Assembly: GCA_963774265.1 (NCBI GenBank)
Contig: CAVZDU010000006.1
Span: 1 to 64,000, forward strand
Length of the DNA stretch: 64,000 bases
Origin: an uncultured Chloroflexia bacterium
GTDB lineage: Bacteria > Chloroflexota > Anaerolineae > CG2-30-64-16
Direction: 5' to 3'
Notes under the pieces: model-generated
Databases searched by the model: none
Told to the model about the DNA's origin: nothing
Seen by the model: only the letters and a program-made list of their open reading frames with translations
Shown here: positions 44,691 to 56,700 of the stretch, one piece after another
Position numbering within the stretch: position 1 is the stretch's first letter
Layout of the letters: each line of letters opens with the position of its first letter
Program-made: the position numbers and the translations under genes

Positions 44691-44938
44691 GACCAGGTGC
44701 TACGGCAAATCCGTGGTTGTGCGTGGACCCCATGAAGACCTCCGCGTCCTGACAGTGAAGGTCCCAGGCTCTGGACTCTGCCCAAGAGCACAGGACTAGG
44801 GCTGTCAAAACCGAGAGGCAAGGGGCTGTCCGAAATGTAGGAGGAGCCCTTTTTTCACAATAGGAACTCGGCGGAACAGCAAAGTAGACGGTACTCGATG
44901 GCGATCGCACGATCGTCATCGCACGATCGCCATCGCAG

Positions 44939-45821
44939 CTATAACCAGGCCTGTCTTTCCGGTTCCCAGTGGCCCTGGGCTTGGCCATTGAGTACTGGAT
45001 CGATGAACGCCCGGGCCTGTGCGGCTGCTTCGGCCAGGGTCACGGCCGCCAGCCCGCTCTCTTGGGCCAGCTTGCGGTATTGGATCGTCCAGGCCGCCGG
45101 CGGCTGCGGTAGGCTGGTGGGTGGCTTGCCCGGTCCCTGGGTAGCAAAGGTCGCCTGGATGGCGGCGCGCAGCGGCAACGCGGCCACCGGGCCATAGCCG
45201 GCGATCAACAGGATATCGATCAGATCCTTGACCCGCGTGCTCTCGCCGCTGCCGCGCGGGCTTGACGTAGGCGTGCACTTTCTCAGCCAGATGCTGGCTG
45301 AGCGGATAGCACGGCAGCGTAAGCGCCGCGATGCCGGCAAATACCAATAGCGGCGGCGTAGTCAGCGCCTCGGCGGGCTCCAGCACCGGATCGCCCACGC
45401 CGATGTCCACGTGAAAGCTCTCGAACCTTCGGCTGTCCAGCCGGGCCGTAACGAAGAAGCGCCAGCCCCCATCGGCGAGGCCGGGCAGTTGAGCGGGATC
45501 CTGCTGTACAGTGAAACTGAACCAATCACCCAGGTCAAGTACCGCCGCACGCATCAGGGTGGGCCCGATCTGCGGGTGGGGCAGGCGCAGCAGCACATCG
45601 ATGTCCTTGGTGGTGCGGGCGCGCTCGCCCAAACGCAGCTGCAGGGCGAGACCGCCTTTTAACAGCCAACCGTCCGGCTGCGCGACCAACAGGCGGGCCA
45701 GGAAACGGTCGAAGGCGACGAGCTTGCGCAGGCGCACCAGCGACACCGACCCTTGAGTGCTCTGGTTGAGGAGACGCGCTTCGAGCGCGCGCCGGAAGGC
45801 CTGGCCGGTCTGATAGCTCAT
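44939..45821 (-). CDS. Type IV TA toxin, AbiEii/AbiGii nucleotidyltransferase (frameshift near 45260)
   Basis: WLLKGGLAL, RTTKDID, LAEKVHA and STRVKDLID. Confidence 0.88.
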
Positions 45822-45823
45822 GG

Positions 45824-46408
45824 TCAGTTGGTCTCTGCCAGCGCACTGCGCAGCACCTGCACCAAGCGAGCGCTCCGTTGTGCCGCCTCTGCCAACAGCT
45901 CTGCCGGAGTGGTCAATCCGGCGCGCACTGCCTCACGCGCCGCCTGCATCACGAACTCATCGGAGAGTCCGGCGAGCGCCACATCGGCAATGGTACGCGG
46001 CACTGTCGTCACCGGCAGTCCCTCATACTCGGTGATATCCGCCGGGTCGATCCGATTCGTATGCAGGCGGAGGCCCGAATGACGTCGCGAAGTGGTAGGC
46101 GACACGGTGACATGGATCGCCTCCGGCAGCACGTCCGAGAGTTCGTAGAGCAGCAGGGCGCTCTCGTGGGAGATCACCGAGCGGGGGCCGGCCGTCAGCC
46201 AAGCGATCACCAGATCTTCGTGACGTGAATGCGGAAACTGCGTCAGCCGATAGATGCCAGGACGGATGCGCAGTGCGCGGCCAACGTTTGCGAAGTACGC
46301 GAGCCGCCTTCGATCTACTCCGGCAGCAGCGGCCTGTGCCGTCGTGACGTAACCGGCCTGGCCTTCGGCGATCTCATAAAGCGTGGCAAGATGGTTGATC
46401 GGACTCAC
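45824..46408 (-). CDS. Type IV TA antitoxin, AbiEi family
   Basis: AEGQAGYVTTAQA, RIRPGIY, ISHESAL and GLPVTTVPRTIAD. Confidence 0.88.
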   Translation of the reverse strand: MSPINHLATLYEIAEGQAGYVTTAQAAAAGVDRRRLAYFANVGRALRIRPGIYRLTQFPHSRHEDLVIAWLTAGPRSVISHESALLLYELSDVLPEAIHVTVSPTTSRRHSGLRLHTNRIDPADITEYEGLPVTTVPRTIADVALAGLSDEFVMQAAREAVRAGLTTPAELLAEAAQRSARLVQVLRSALAETN

Positions 46409-46417
46409 ACGTCACCA

Positions 46418-46484
46418 ATGTGCAAGATGTCCCACAAATGCGGACATTATGCACATATTATAATCGAGCCGGTGCGTTTGACAA
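46418..46484 (-). promoter_or_regulatory. abiE promoter with inverted-repeat operator
   Basis: Minus strand TTGTCA(46484-46479)-N16-TATAAT(46462-46457); inverted repeat ATGTGCAAGATGTCC (46418-46432) / GGACATTATGCACAT (46442-46456), 13/15 match. Confidence 0.7.
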
Positions 46485-46639
46485 GCCGTATAGGTGAATC
46501 ACAGCTGTAGGTAAAGAATCAGCGCCAGGATAGGGGCGGTGAACCCCACGATACGCCTTAAGCGCAGCCTGGTGGAGCTCAATCGCTCGTCAGACTCGCG
46601 GTTCCTTCGTCCCACTAAGATAGTCTAAAGCCAAGACAG

Positions 46640-49307
46640 CTACTGTAAAGTAGGGATTCTCACGGTTGTGCCGCGGAGAGACTCACCCGCAGCAGCGCGC
46701 CGGTGTGCGAGCCGGGTGTATGCCGCCACGGTTTCGGGCGTGCCCTCGGCGATGACCCGCCCGCCGGCCGCGCCGCCCTCCGGGCCCAGGTCGATGACCC
46801 AGTCGGCCACCTTGATCACGTCCAGGTTGTGCTCGATGACGATGACCGTGTTGCCCGCGTCCACCAGGCGCTGGAGCAGGCAGCAGCAGGTGCGCGGTGT
46901 CGGCCGGGTGCAGGCCGGTGGTGGGCTCGTCCAGCAGGTAGAGCGTGCGCCCGGTGGCGCGGCGGGCAAGCTCCCTGGCCAGCTTGACGCGCTGCGCCTC
47001 GCCGCCCGAGAAGGTGGAGGCGGGCTGTCCGAGCTGGAGATAGCCCAGGCCGGTCTCGACCATCAGCGCCAGGCGCGCCTTGGCCGCCGGGACGCCCTCG
47101 AACAGCGCCAGCGCCTCGGCGATGGTCAGGTCGAGCACCTGGGCGATGTCGTATCCGCCGCGTGTACTTCACCGCCAGCACCTCGCGCTTGTAGCGCCGG
47201 CCGCGGCAGGCCGGGCAGCGCACCAGCACGTCGGGCAGGAAGTGCATCTCCACCGAGAGCACCCCGGCGCCCTCGCAGCGCTCGCAGCGCCCGCCGGGGA
47301 CGTTGAACGAGAAGTGCTGGGCGGTCAGGCCGCGCGCGCGGGCGGCGGGCTGGGCGGCGAAGACTTCGCGGATGGCGGTGAAGGCGTCGGTGTAGGTGGC
47401 CGCGTTGGAGCGCGTGCTCCGCCCGATGGGCGCCTGGTCGATGGTGATGATCTTGTCCAGGTGCTCCCAGCCGGTGATGCTCGTCGTGGGCGCCCGGCGC
47501 GGCGGCCGCGCCGAAAAAGCGCTGGCGGGCGGCCCGGTCGAGGATGTCGAACATCAGCGAGGATTTGCCCGAACCGGAGACGCCGGTGACCGCCACCAGC
47601 ATCCCGCGCGCGCTGCCGGCTTCGCGCAGGGGAAAGCGCACGGTGATATCCTGCAGGTTGTGCTCGCGCGCGCCGTGGATGGTCAGGTACGGGCCGTCCG
47701 AGCGGCGGCGCTGCGCGGGGACGGCGATTTGCGCCGCGCCGCTCAGGTAGCGCCCGGTCAGCGATTCCGGACTGGCGGCCACCTGCTCCGGCGTGCCCTG
47801 GGCCACGATCTGCCCGCCGTTCCGCCCCGCGCCGGGGCCGAAATCGACCACCCAGTCGGCCGACGGCGATCATCTCCAGGTCGTGCTCGATGACCAGCAC
47901 GGTGTTGCCCAGGTCGCGCAGCGCGCGCAGCATGTTGATCAGGCGCGGGGTGTCGCGCGGGTGCAGCCCGATGGTCGGCTCGTCCAGCACGTACAGCACG
48001 CCGGTCAGCCCGGAGCCGAGCAGCGCCGCCAGGCGCAGGCGCTGCGCCTCGCCCGCCGAGAGCGAGGGCGTGGCCCGTTCGAGGGTCAGGTAGCCCAGCC
48101 CCACCTCCACCAGGCGCCGAACGCGCTCGCGCAGGTCGATCACGATCGGCTCGGCGATGAGCCAGTCCTCGGCGGGCAGCGCGGCGCTGCAGACCGTCGA
48201 TCCACTCCGCCAGCGCCAGCGAGCGACAGGCGCGAGAGAGCCTGCTCGGCTCGGGGATCGCTTGCGCTCCGCCACCAGCGTGGCGCCCCAGCACCGTCAC
48301 CGCGCGCGATTCGGGCCGCAGGCGCGCCCCGCCGCAGTCCGGGCAGGTCTGCGGGATCAGGAAGCGCTCGATCTTCTCCAGGTACTCGGCGTCGCTGGCG
48401 TGTTCGGCGTGGCGGCGCAGCAGGGTGGTGACGATGCCCTCGAAGCGGCCTTTGGCGACGGTGGCGGGCGGTTCCACGCCGGGGAAGTGCCGTTGGAAGG
48501 GCTGGCCCGTCGACCCCGTACAGCAGCAGGTCACGCTGGACCGGGCCCAGCGCGCGGATGGGCAGCGCCGGGTCGAAGTCGAAGCCGTAGTGGCGCCCGG
48601 CGGCTGCGCAGCGTCTCGGCGTAGCGCGGAATGGCATAGACGTGGATCCCAGCCCGCCACCGCGCCGTCGAGGATGCTCTTGTCTTCGTCCAGCAGGCGG
48701 GCCAGGTCGGGGGCGTAGATCGTGCCCAGCCCGGTGCAGGTGGGGCAGGCCCCGGCCGGCTTGTTGAACGAGAACATGGCCATGTTCATCTCGGGCAGGC
48801 GCGCGCCGCAGTGCGGGCAGGCCACCCACCCGCCGCCCGTCGTCAGCCGTCCTCGGCGTCCGCCGCGGCGTCATCCATCCCCGGCAGCTCAGCCGCCTCG
48901 TCGTCCCACAGCCCCTCGAAACCGCCCTCGTGCGCGGGCGGAACGTCCTCCCCGCACTGCGGGCAGGGCCGGTGGCCGACCCGCGCGAAGAGCACGCGCA
49001 GGTAGGTGAACACCTCGGTGGCCGTGCCCACCGTCGAGCGCGGCGAGCGGTTGGTCAGGCCCTGGTCCACGCTGATCGAGGGCGACAGCCCGGTGATGCT
49101 GTCGACGGGCGGCTTGCTGGCGTAGGTGACCATCCCCAGCGACTCCATGTACTGGCGCTGGCCCTCTTTGTGCAGCGTGTCGAAAGCCATGGTCGACTTG
49201 CCCGAGCCGGACACCCCGGTGAAGACGACCAGCTTGTTCTTGGGGATCGATAACGAAACGTTCTTGAGGTTGTGCAGGCGCGCACCCCGAATGGTTATGG
49301 CAGACAC
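46640..49307 (-). CDS. UvrA-family ATPase, probably a class II/UvrA2-like paralogue (several frameshifts)
   Basis: GARLHNLK, two GVSGSGKS Walker A motifs, [31 protein letters not shown] and IEHNLD; ~880 codons. Confidence 0.85.
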
Positions 49308-49399
49308 GCGGGGAACTCCTTTTCGGCTTCAATGGTTTTGCAAAAGACTAACACGCTGTAATCTCCGCTGTCAACCATTGAAGACGGGGCGCGGCGTTT

Positions 49400-49615
49400 C
49401 TACGGTTGATCGGCCATGGGAGATGCCCGCGGCGTCGTCATCCTCATCAACTCCCGATATGACTCGACTCCCAACAAAACCGCCACCGGCATCCCATCCC
49501 GCAACACCACAAACCGCATATTGAAGTACAACACCCGATCGATCGTGTATCGCAGGTTTGCCCGCAGCTCCGTCAGCGTGACCGGCGTCGGCGTCGCCTC
49601 TTCCACTTCGTTCAT
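49400..49615 (-). CDS. Phd/YefM-like small protein (orphan antitoxin-like)
   Basis: [10 protein letters not shown]...IDRV...[18 protein letters not shown]. Confidence 0.7.
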   Translation of the reverse strand: MNEVEEATPTPVTLTELRANLRYTIDRVLYFNMRFVVLRDGMPVAVLLGVESYRELMRMTTPRASPMADQP

Positions 49616-49626
49616 TCCTTCCTCTT

Positions 49627-49731
49627 GTCACCGCGTCACCGCGTCACCGCGTCACCGCTTAACACCCCCCGTTTTTCAAAAGAACGTTGGTTTTTGAAAA
49701 ACACCCAACTCGTAGCGGTGACGCGGTGACA
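49627..49731. repeat. Putative replication origin: GTCACCGC x4, AT-rich palindrome, inverted GCGGTGAC x2
   Basis: Octamers at 49627, 49635, 49643 and 49651; GTTTTTCAAAA (49671-49681) / TTTTGAAAAAC (49692-49702); inverted octamers at 49715 and 49723; abuts the primase-helicase stop codon. Confidence 0.7.
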
Positions 49732-49733
49732 CC

Positions 49734-52632
49734 TCATGCCGGCGCCTCGTCGCGCCCTGTTGGAGCGTCCTCCGCGGCATCGGCCAACGTCAGCCGCGTC
49801 AGGTGAAGCACCCGCGTCCTGGTTCCGGCCACGCGCACCAGCTTCGTTCGCCGCCCGGCATCGTGGCTCGCCAGGTGGCCCATCCCCTCCAATTGCGCGT
49901 ACAGCGCCTCGTTACTGATCCCGTTCAGCCACTCCGCGCCGCGTACCCGCGCCGTTTCGCGCAGCGCGATGTCCGGCAGCAAATAAGTCCCGCCGTCCGG
50001 CGCGGCCCACCCCACCAGCGTCCGATGGTCACCCCCGTGCACCAGCTCCGGCCTGAGCGCCTTGTCCCGGTGGCCCACCACGCACTCGCCGCTCGCCAGC
50101 AGCTCGCTCAACACCTGGAGGAAACGCGCGGCCTCCAGGCTGTCCGCGGTCTGCTGCGCCATCTCATCGGCCAGCAGCTCCAGCCCGCGGCGATGCTCGC
50201 CTGCCAGGCTCTCTGCCAGCGGACCCAGCAGCGGATGGCGGCACACCACCTCCCACGTCAGCTCGTTCGAGGCCAGGTTCGACGCCACGCGCAGCGGATT
50301 GACCACCCCCCGGCTCGCCCGGGTCAACCGCTCGGCCCACGCCGCGCGACGCTCCACGAACGCGCGTCCCGCGGTCTCCGCGGCCAGCCGGCCCGCGTCC
50401 GTTTCCAGCCACTCGATCCACGCGGCGCCGAGGTGGATCAGCGACCCCGCGTCAGCCTGCGCGGCGGCCAACAAGGCATTGTGCTCGCCGCTCGGCCATG
50501 CCAGCGGCACAACCAGGACGCGCGCCAGGCTTGCGGTGTCGCTCGCCGGCACGTCTTCGCCGGTGAACAGCGGCCAGCACTCGATCGGCTTGCCCGCCTG
50601 CAGCTCTGACCGCGCGTTCAAACGCTCGCGGGCCGCCCTCCACCTGGTTGTGCAGCAGGTTCACGAACCCCCGGCACCCGTCCCCTGTGTTCGGCTTGAA
50701 GTTGTCCACGAACAGCACCATGTCGTTTGCCGATTCCGAGTAGGCCAGGATCGCATTGCGCGTCGCGCCCTCGCCCAGCTTTAGCAGATACTGGTCTGAG
50801 GCGAACCCCGTGCCGTACAGGCACATCAGCGTCTGCGCCAGCGAGGTCTTCAGGCTCCCGGTTCGGCCTGCGATGAACACCGCGTACCGGTCGTTCGTCC
50901 ACCCCGCCAGCTTGCCCAGCGGCGCCTGGAACAGCAGCGCCGCGATCACCGTGGTCCGGCAGGGATCCAGGCTGCGCAACGCCGCGTCTAGCGCCTTGGC
51001 GGCCACAGAGAACACGGAGTTCTCAGAGGCTTCGCAAGATTCGGCAATTGCGGAGTGGTCCGCGGGCCACGCGTAGGGCAATTTGCGCACCTTGACCTCC
51101 AGCCCGTCCACCGCGCGCCCCGGCATCAGGAACTTGAGCCGGTCCCCGACTTTCGCCCAACCAGTCCGGCTGTAGCAGCGCTTCGTCGCGACATCCTGGC
51201 CGGTCAGCAGCTGGATCGCGGGCCGCAGGTGCGATTCCATGCCCGCGCGCACCGCAGACCGCGCGCCTGCCGCACCGGTCAGGGCAGACAGCAGGCTGCG
51301 GCCGCTGGCGAACTCATCCACGGGCATGTCTAGCCGCAGCGGCCGCCCCTCGGCGGTCGCGCCTGCCAGCGTGAACCACACCTGGCCGTCCTCCGCCCGC
51401 GACTCCTCCACGATCTGCACGTAGAAGTCCGCGATCGTCTGCCGCCGCGCCTCATACACCTCCCCCTCCCGCGTCATGCCCCACACCACCCGGAACATCC
51501 GAGCGCCCTCCACCACGTACGGCAGCCTCTCGCCGCCCACCGCCGGCGCCTGCCCGGGGCTGCTCTTCCACCCCGATGTGGGAGCGGAGCAGGAAGGGCT
51601 GAATTTTCCATCTTCCTGCTTCCCTCTTCCTTCAATGAGCTCCCTCAGCTGCCGCCAGCCTTTCCCCCTGCATGAATTGTGGTGACACCCGGCCGCGATC
51701 GTGCCATCGGGCTGTTGGACGATATACGCGCTGCTCAAGTGGTTGGGGTTCCACGGGCACTCCGGGAATTCCCACCGCCGCCCTCCCATATTCCCCCACG
51801 GCCGCTCATCGCCCACCGGCGCCCGGTGGATCTCGATCCACCGCCGCAGGTCGAAATTCTCAACTTGTGCCCTTTGCGTTCTTTGCGGCTCAACCCCTTG
51901 CGCCACGCCAGCCAACACCTCCCGCGGCACACACCGCATCTCCCCCGGCGCGTCCAAAATGCGCGCCACGCGGTGCGGCCGTTCCGCCGTGTTATCCCCT
52001 TTGGCTGCCACCGTCCCATACAGCTTCCAAATGCGCGCCGGATTGAACACCTTCTGATCTACCGTCACCCGCGCGTCGTCAAAGCGCCCGGCCAGGCCGG
52101 CCAGCACCTGGGCGATGAGCCCATCCTCACCGTCCGGGCCCGCCGGCAGGTGCACCCGGTACAAGAGATGCGCGCCGTTGCCCGAGTCCGCGAGGAGCGG
52201 ATCCGGCCAATTCAGCTCGGCCAGCGCGGCCCGGATCTCACGCGCCCGGTCCAGCGCCAGGCTGTGCTCCTCGTCCGATGCGGAGATGCCGGCCGGCCGC
52301 ACAGGATCGCAGTCGATCGGCAGCCAGCGCCGGCACGCGATATCGGCGTCCCCTGCCAGCGGGTCCTTCGCACCGATATCCATCACGTGATTCTCGGACC
52401 GCGCCATCAGCGCGGGCAGCACCGGGTTCAACGTCACATACACACCGCGCCCGCGCAGCCCGGCCGCGGCCGACGCCAGAAGGTTCCAGTCGTCGAAATA
52501 CCCCGCGACCGTGTGCGGCCGCCGCCACCCCTGCGTCACACACTCCAACGCCCGCAACTCGACCACCTGGCCCGGCGCAAACAAGGCCCCGCACGCAGCC
52601 AGGATCTCCGCCCGATCGCTCAACACCCGCAT
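49734..52632 (-). CDS. AEP-type primase, Zn-binding region and DUF927-like helicase fusion (frameshift near 50625)
   Basis: WLPIDCD, DSGNGAHLLY, VDQKVFNPARI; CPWNPNH...GCHHNSC; Walker A AGRTGSLKTS and Walker B FVDN. Confidence 0.75.
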
Positions 52633-52691
52633 CAGTCACCCCCAATGCGTCCTTGATTTGCATCTTGTAAATCAATCGATTCGTCTGTTCT

Positions 52692-52719
52692 ATTATATTC
52701 TAAAACAGGGCGTAGTCAA
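52692..52719 (-). promoter_or_regulatory. Sigma70-type promoter for the primase-helicase gene
   Basis: Minus strand TTGACT-N16-TATAAT in an AT-rich intergenic region. Confidence 0.55.
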
Positions 52720-52858
52720 TAGCTTCTTGGGATATCCGAGAAATATTGGGATATCTTGGGGTTATTTTTCCGGGGTCCGGCGGAATCTGTTCTTGACGCG
52801 GCCAGAAATGTCGCTAAGATGCGCTATGACGCTATTATCAGAGACAAGGGGGAGCGAG

Positions 52859-53662
52859 ATGCCGATCAAAGTCTGTGTGGCCGGTGCAACGGGGTGGACG
52901 GGCGCCCCGCTCACGCGGCGCATCCTGGAGTCGCAAGAGTTTCAGTTGGTGGGCGCGATCGCGCGGCGCAACGTAGGCCGCGATGTGGGTGAGGCGCTGG
53001 GGCTGCCGGCCGCGGGCGTCGAGATCGCCGAGACGTTGGAGGACGCGCTGCGGGTCCAGCCCGACGTGCTCATCGACTACACCCATCCCGGCACGGTGAA
53101 GGCGCGCATCCTCAGCGCACTGGATTGTGGCGTGCGGGTGATCGTCGGCACCTCAGGGCTGGTCGCCGCGGACTATGACGAGATCGGGCGGCGGGCCGAG
53201 GAACGAGGGCTCGGCGTGATCGCGGCCGGCAACTTCTCGGTCACCGCAGCACTGGCCAAACACTTCAGCCTCCTTGCGGCCAAATACCTGCCCTCGTGGG
53301 AGATCATCGACTACGCGCATGCCGGCAAGGTGGATGCGCCCAGCGGAACGACCCAGGAGCTGGCCGAAGCGCTGGGCCAGGTCGCGACCAACAAGCTGGG
53401 GCTCCCGATCGAAAGCACCCACGGTCCGAAAGAGGCGCGGGGGGTCAGCATCGGCGGCAGCCAGGTGCATTCGGTGCGCCTGCCCGGCTACGTGATCGCG
53501 TTCGAAACCCTTTTTGGCCTCCCCGACGAGCGGCTCACCATCCGGCACGATGCCGGGTCGGGCGCGGAGCCTTACATTGCGGGCACGCTGCTCGCAACCC
53601 GACGCGTGATGGAGATCACCGGCCTGGTGCGCGGGCTGGACACGTTGTTGTTCCAGGCGTAG
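52859..53662 (+). CDS. dapB: 4-hydroxy-tetrahydrodipicolinate reductase
   Basis: VAGATGWTG, LIDYT, IVGTSG, AGNFS, HAGKVDAPSGT, HSVRLPG and LTIRHD. Confidence 0.9.
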   Translation: MPIKVCVAGATGWTGAPLTRRILESQEFQLVGAIARRNVGRDVGEALGLPAAGVEIAETLEDALRVQPDVLIDYTHPGTVKARILSALDCGVRVIVGTSGLVAADYDEIGRRAEERGLGVIAAGNFSVTAALAKHFSLLAAKYLPSWEIIDYAHAGKVDAPSGTTQELAEALGQVATNKLGLPIESTHGPKEARGVSIGGSQVHSVRLPGYVIAFETLFGLPDERLTIRHDAGSGAEPYIAGTLLATRRVMEITGLVRGLDTLLFQA

Positions 53663-53729
53663 CCCCGGCGACCGGTTTCCCGGTCCACCGCGCCGCGTTC
53701 GCAGGAACTGAGCCTCAAGACGCGAATGA

Positions 53730-56700
53730 CTACCTTCTCATCAAGGGCAGGTACACCGCGGCGGTTACCGCGAACGGCTGCGAGATGACTTGCGTCGTGT
53801 TGACCCCGTCGGTCGCGCGAAGTTTTAGCCGGTAGTTGATCCCCGGCGGCACGCTGTCCAGCGAAAGCTCGTAGCTGTCGCCGGTGAGGTTGAGCGCCAC
53901 GGGATTCCAGGTCTCCCCGCCGTCGGAGCTGACCGAGAGCGCGAAGGTCAGCGCGTCCCCGTCATCATCGAGCGCCGCCCAGCTCACGTGCACGCCGGAC
54001 CAATGACCGCCTCCCTGAGGCGACAGGAGCGTGAGCTTCGGTGCGTTGGCAGACACGACCCGCCGCGCCAGCTGCTGGCCGCCGCTCCACAACTCGACCG
54101 CTTGCGTCCCTGCGACCCACTCGATGCGGTAGACGAAGGGGGACTCGTCCACCGGCCCGCCAAACGGGTCGGTCTGTTCGAAGCTGAGATCAAAGCCAGC
54201 GCTGCTGAGCACCGCACCTCCCGCGCCAACCAGTCGCAACTCGTAAGCCCCGGTGCTGCCCGGCTCCAGGTCCAGCAGAGCCTCCGGCAGGCGCAGGAAC
54301 GGCTGAAACGTGGCCGTGCCCCCGGCCGTCACCGAACCGCTGACCAGCAGCGCCTCCGGATCTTTGGACCGTCGGAAGCGCGCGCTGTTGGTGAGGTTCA
54401 CCCAACCGTCGTTGAGAATGGAACCGGTCACGTGGCTATAGCGGCCGACCAGCGTCTGCCAGAAGAAGGGAAACGTATTGGCCGCGGGCCAGTGACTGTC
54501 CATGAAGGAGTTGAGGTCGGAGGTGACTCGAACCCACTTGTTGACCCACATGCCGGCTCCAGCCGGATGCTCGGTCCGGTTGTCCGGGGCGCCGTATACC
54601 GTGCCGCCCCTTGCGTCGCAAGCCACCTCGCACGCATCGCTGCACTCCTCCTTGGTCATCCACACCGGGGGCGTTTCTCTGCAGGCCTGTCCCCAACTCA
54701 CGTGATTGGACGAGCAGTGGCAGTCGACAAACAGCTCTTTGGTGATCGTGCCCGAGCAGGACGCCGGGACATTACGCGATGCTTGCGTGCAGTAGGGTGA
54801 GACCGACAGGAGCGCAATGGGTGTGTTGCTGTATACGCAGTACTCGCGCTTGAGCGTGCCGCCGTCCACGTACTCGCAATAAGACTCCTCCCATGCGATC
54901 AACGTATCCAGCGAATAAGTGTCGCCGGTGTCGGTCGTGCTGTGGGCGAACTCATGAGCCAGCACATTGGGCCACTCGAGCTCCTGGTCATGCTCGTCGA
55001 TGCACACACTTCCAAACTGGGCCGCGTAAACGCCGGGCAGGGTCCCACCCCCTCCGCAGCCGGTCGTGGCGCCGATCGCGTAGTCGTAGTTCTCCGACCG
55101 CGCCAGCGCGAGGATGCGGCTCAACGTGACCCCCCGGCCTTCATTCGCCGCAGGTGTGTCCAACCCGTAGCTGACCGAATAGCTGACCTTGGTGTCGGCG
55201 ATGGGGAAATTGGCGACCAGGTATTGCACCAGGTGCCTGGCGGTGCGGCCCACCTCATCCCGTCTGGGCGTGCTGTTGGTTCGCGTGGGAATGAAATAGA
55301 AGCGCCAGGGCCGGGTGATCACGGCGGGCCACCCCGGCTCGCTGTAGCTATTGTTGCCCTCATACTGCTCGACGATGGCACCCCCCGGATCGGCCGCGAC
55401 GGTAAAGTGAACCGTCGGCGCGATCGGCCGGGGAGCATGCCGGGTGTCGATGGTGCATTGCGAGTAACTCCCACCCCGGCACTGGCCAGCGATGACACCG
55501 GCCGGATTCGTGGTCAGGTCCACCCTGGCATTCGCATCCGCGACGTATGGCAGCCATAGCGAGTTGTCGCCCGGATAGACCTGGTATGGCCCCCACACCT
55601 CCGGATACGTTAGTGCCAGGCCGATCGGGGCCGCTGCGGCCGCGCCGGTCGCCGCCGGCGGCATGACGATCAGGGGGGCATCCCACTCCGTGGGCGGCAG
55701 CCCCAGCCGGAAATAGACGTTGATCATGCGGGGGAAGGAGGACGTCACATTGACCTTGAACGCAGTGGCCTTGTTGCGGATCAGGTGCGCGGCCAAGATC
55801 CGGCTTTCAACCACCTGGACCGCCTCCGCGCCGGTGACTATCAGGTCACCGTAAAGGGTCCTGAGCACCCGGACGGTCAGCTCGGCCTGAACAGACTCGG
55901 TCGGGGTCGTCCCCTGGATGATCACCGGGTACTCGCCGGGCTCTGGAAGCGCGCTGCGCGAGACCGACAGAACGAGTTGCGATTCGAAGGATGGGTTTCC
56001 GCTGGCGGGCTTGAAGGTGTAGCTCATCCATGCAGGCGGACCCTTGATGCTCAAGCTCACTTCATCGCCCTGTCCTTGCAGATTCTTCACCGCTACCATC
56101 GTGGATGCCGCAACCCTGTCGACCTCGCCTGCGACGAGGGGATCGAGATCGAGGTCCACCGCGTTCGGCTCTACTGCGAGGCTGAAGCCGGGGGTGTCGG
56201 CCGCGGTGTACTCGATCTCGAGCTGAGCGGCCTTGCCAGAGCGCTCGCTGAAGACATGGTCGCCGACCGTGCCGGTGCTGCCCGCAAGCACGATGCCGTA
56301 TGCCGGGGCGCCCTTCGCGATCCACTCATCGACGATGGGCATGACATCCCACTCGAACCAGGAGCCCTCTGCCAATGTCAGCCCGATCTGCGTGCCGTAG
56401 GGATTGTCGGGCCAGGGCTGGGTGTTCCAGGTGATGCTCTCTTCCGGCCAATCGGACGGGACGGTCCAGGGCCAGACCCAATACTCACTAGCGCCGCTGG
56501 CGGACTGCTGGTGAAGGCGCAGCCTGGCGTAGGAGATGTCCGCGCCGGCCGGGATGCCGGACACATCGAACTGCAGGAAGACGAAGCGCCGGTTGCCTTT
56601 TTCGTCGGCGCCGACATGCAGCTCGGGCAGCCCGCCGTATTTGCCGTCCGGATCACCCTGGTCGGTATAGGCATCGTAGATGGCGCTGAGGGTGACGGTC

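Noticed and set aside
44691-44938. Possible ncRNA or element remnant between the two TA loci, including the CGATGGCGATCG inverted repeat at ~44897-44936
   Set aside because: No recognisable RNA family or ORF; the hairpin is adequately explained as the abiEii terminator.
49627-49731. Short tandem repeats as a CRISPR array or simple microsatellite
   Set aside because: The units are 8 bp with no spacers and no cas genes; the inverted arrangement fits iterons better.
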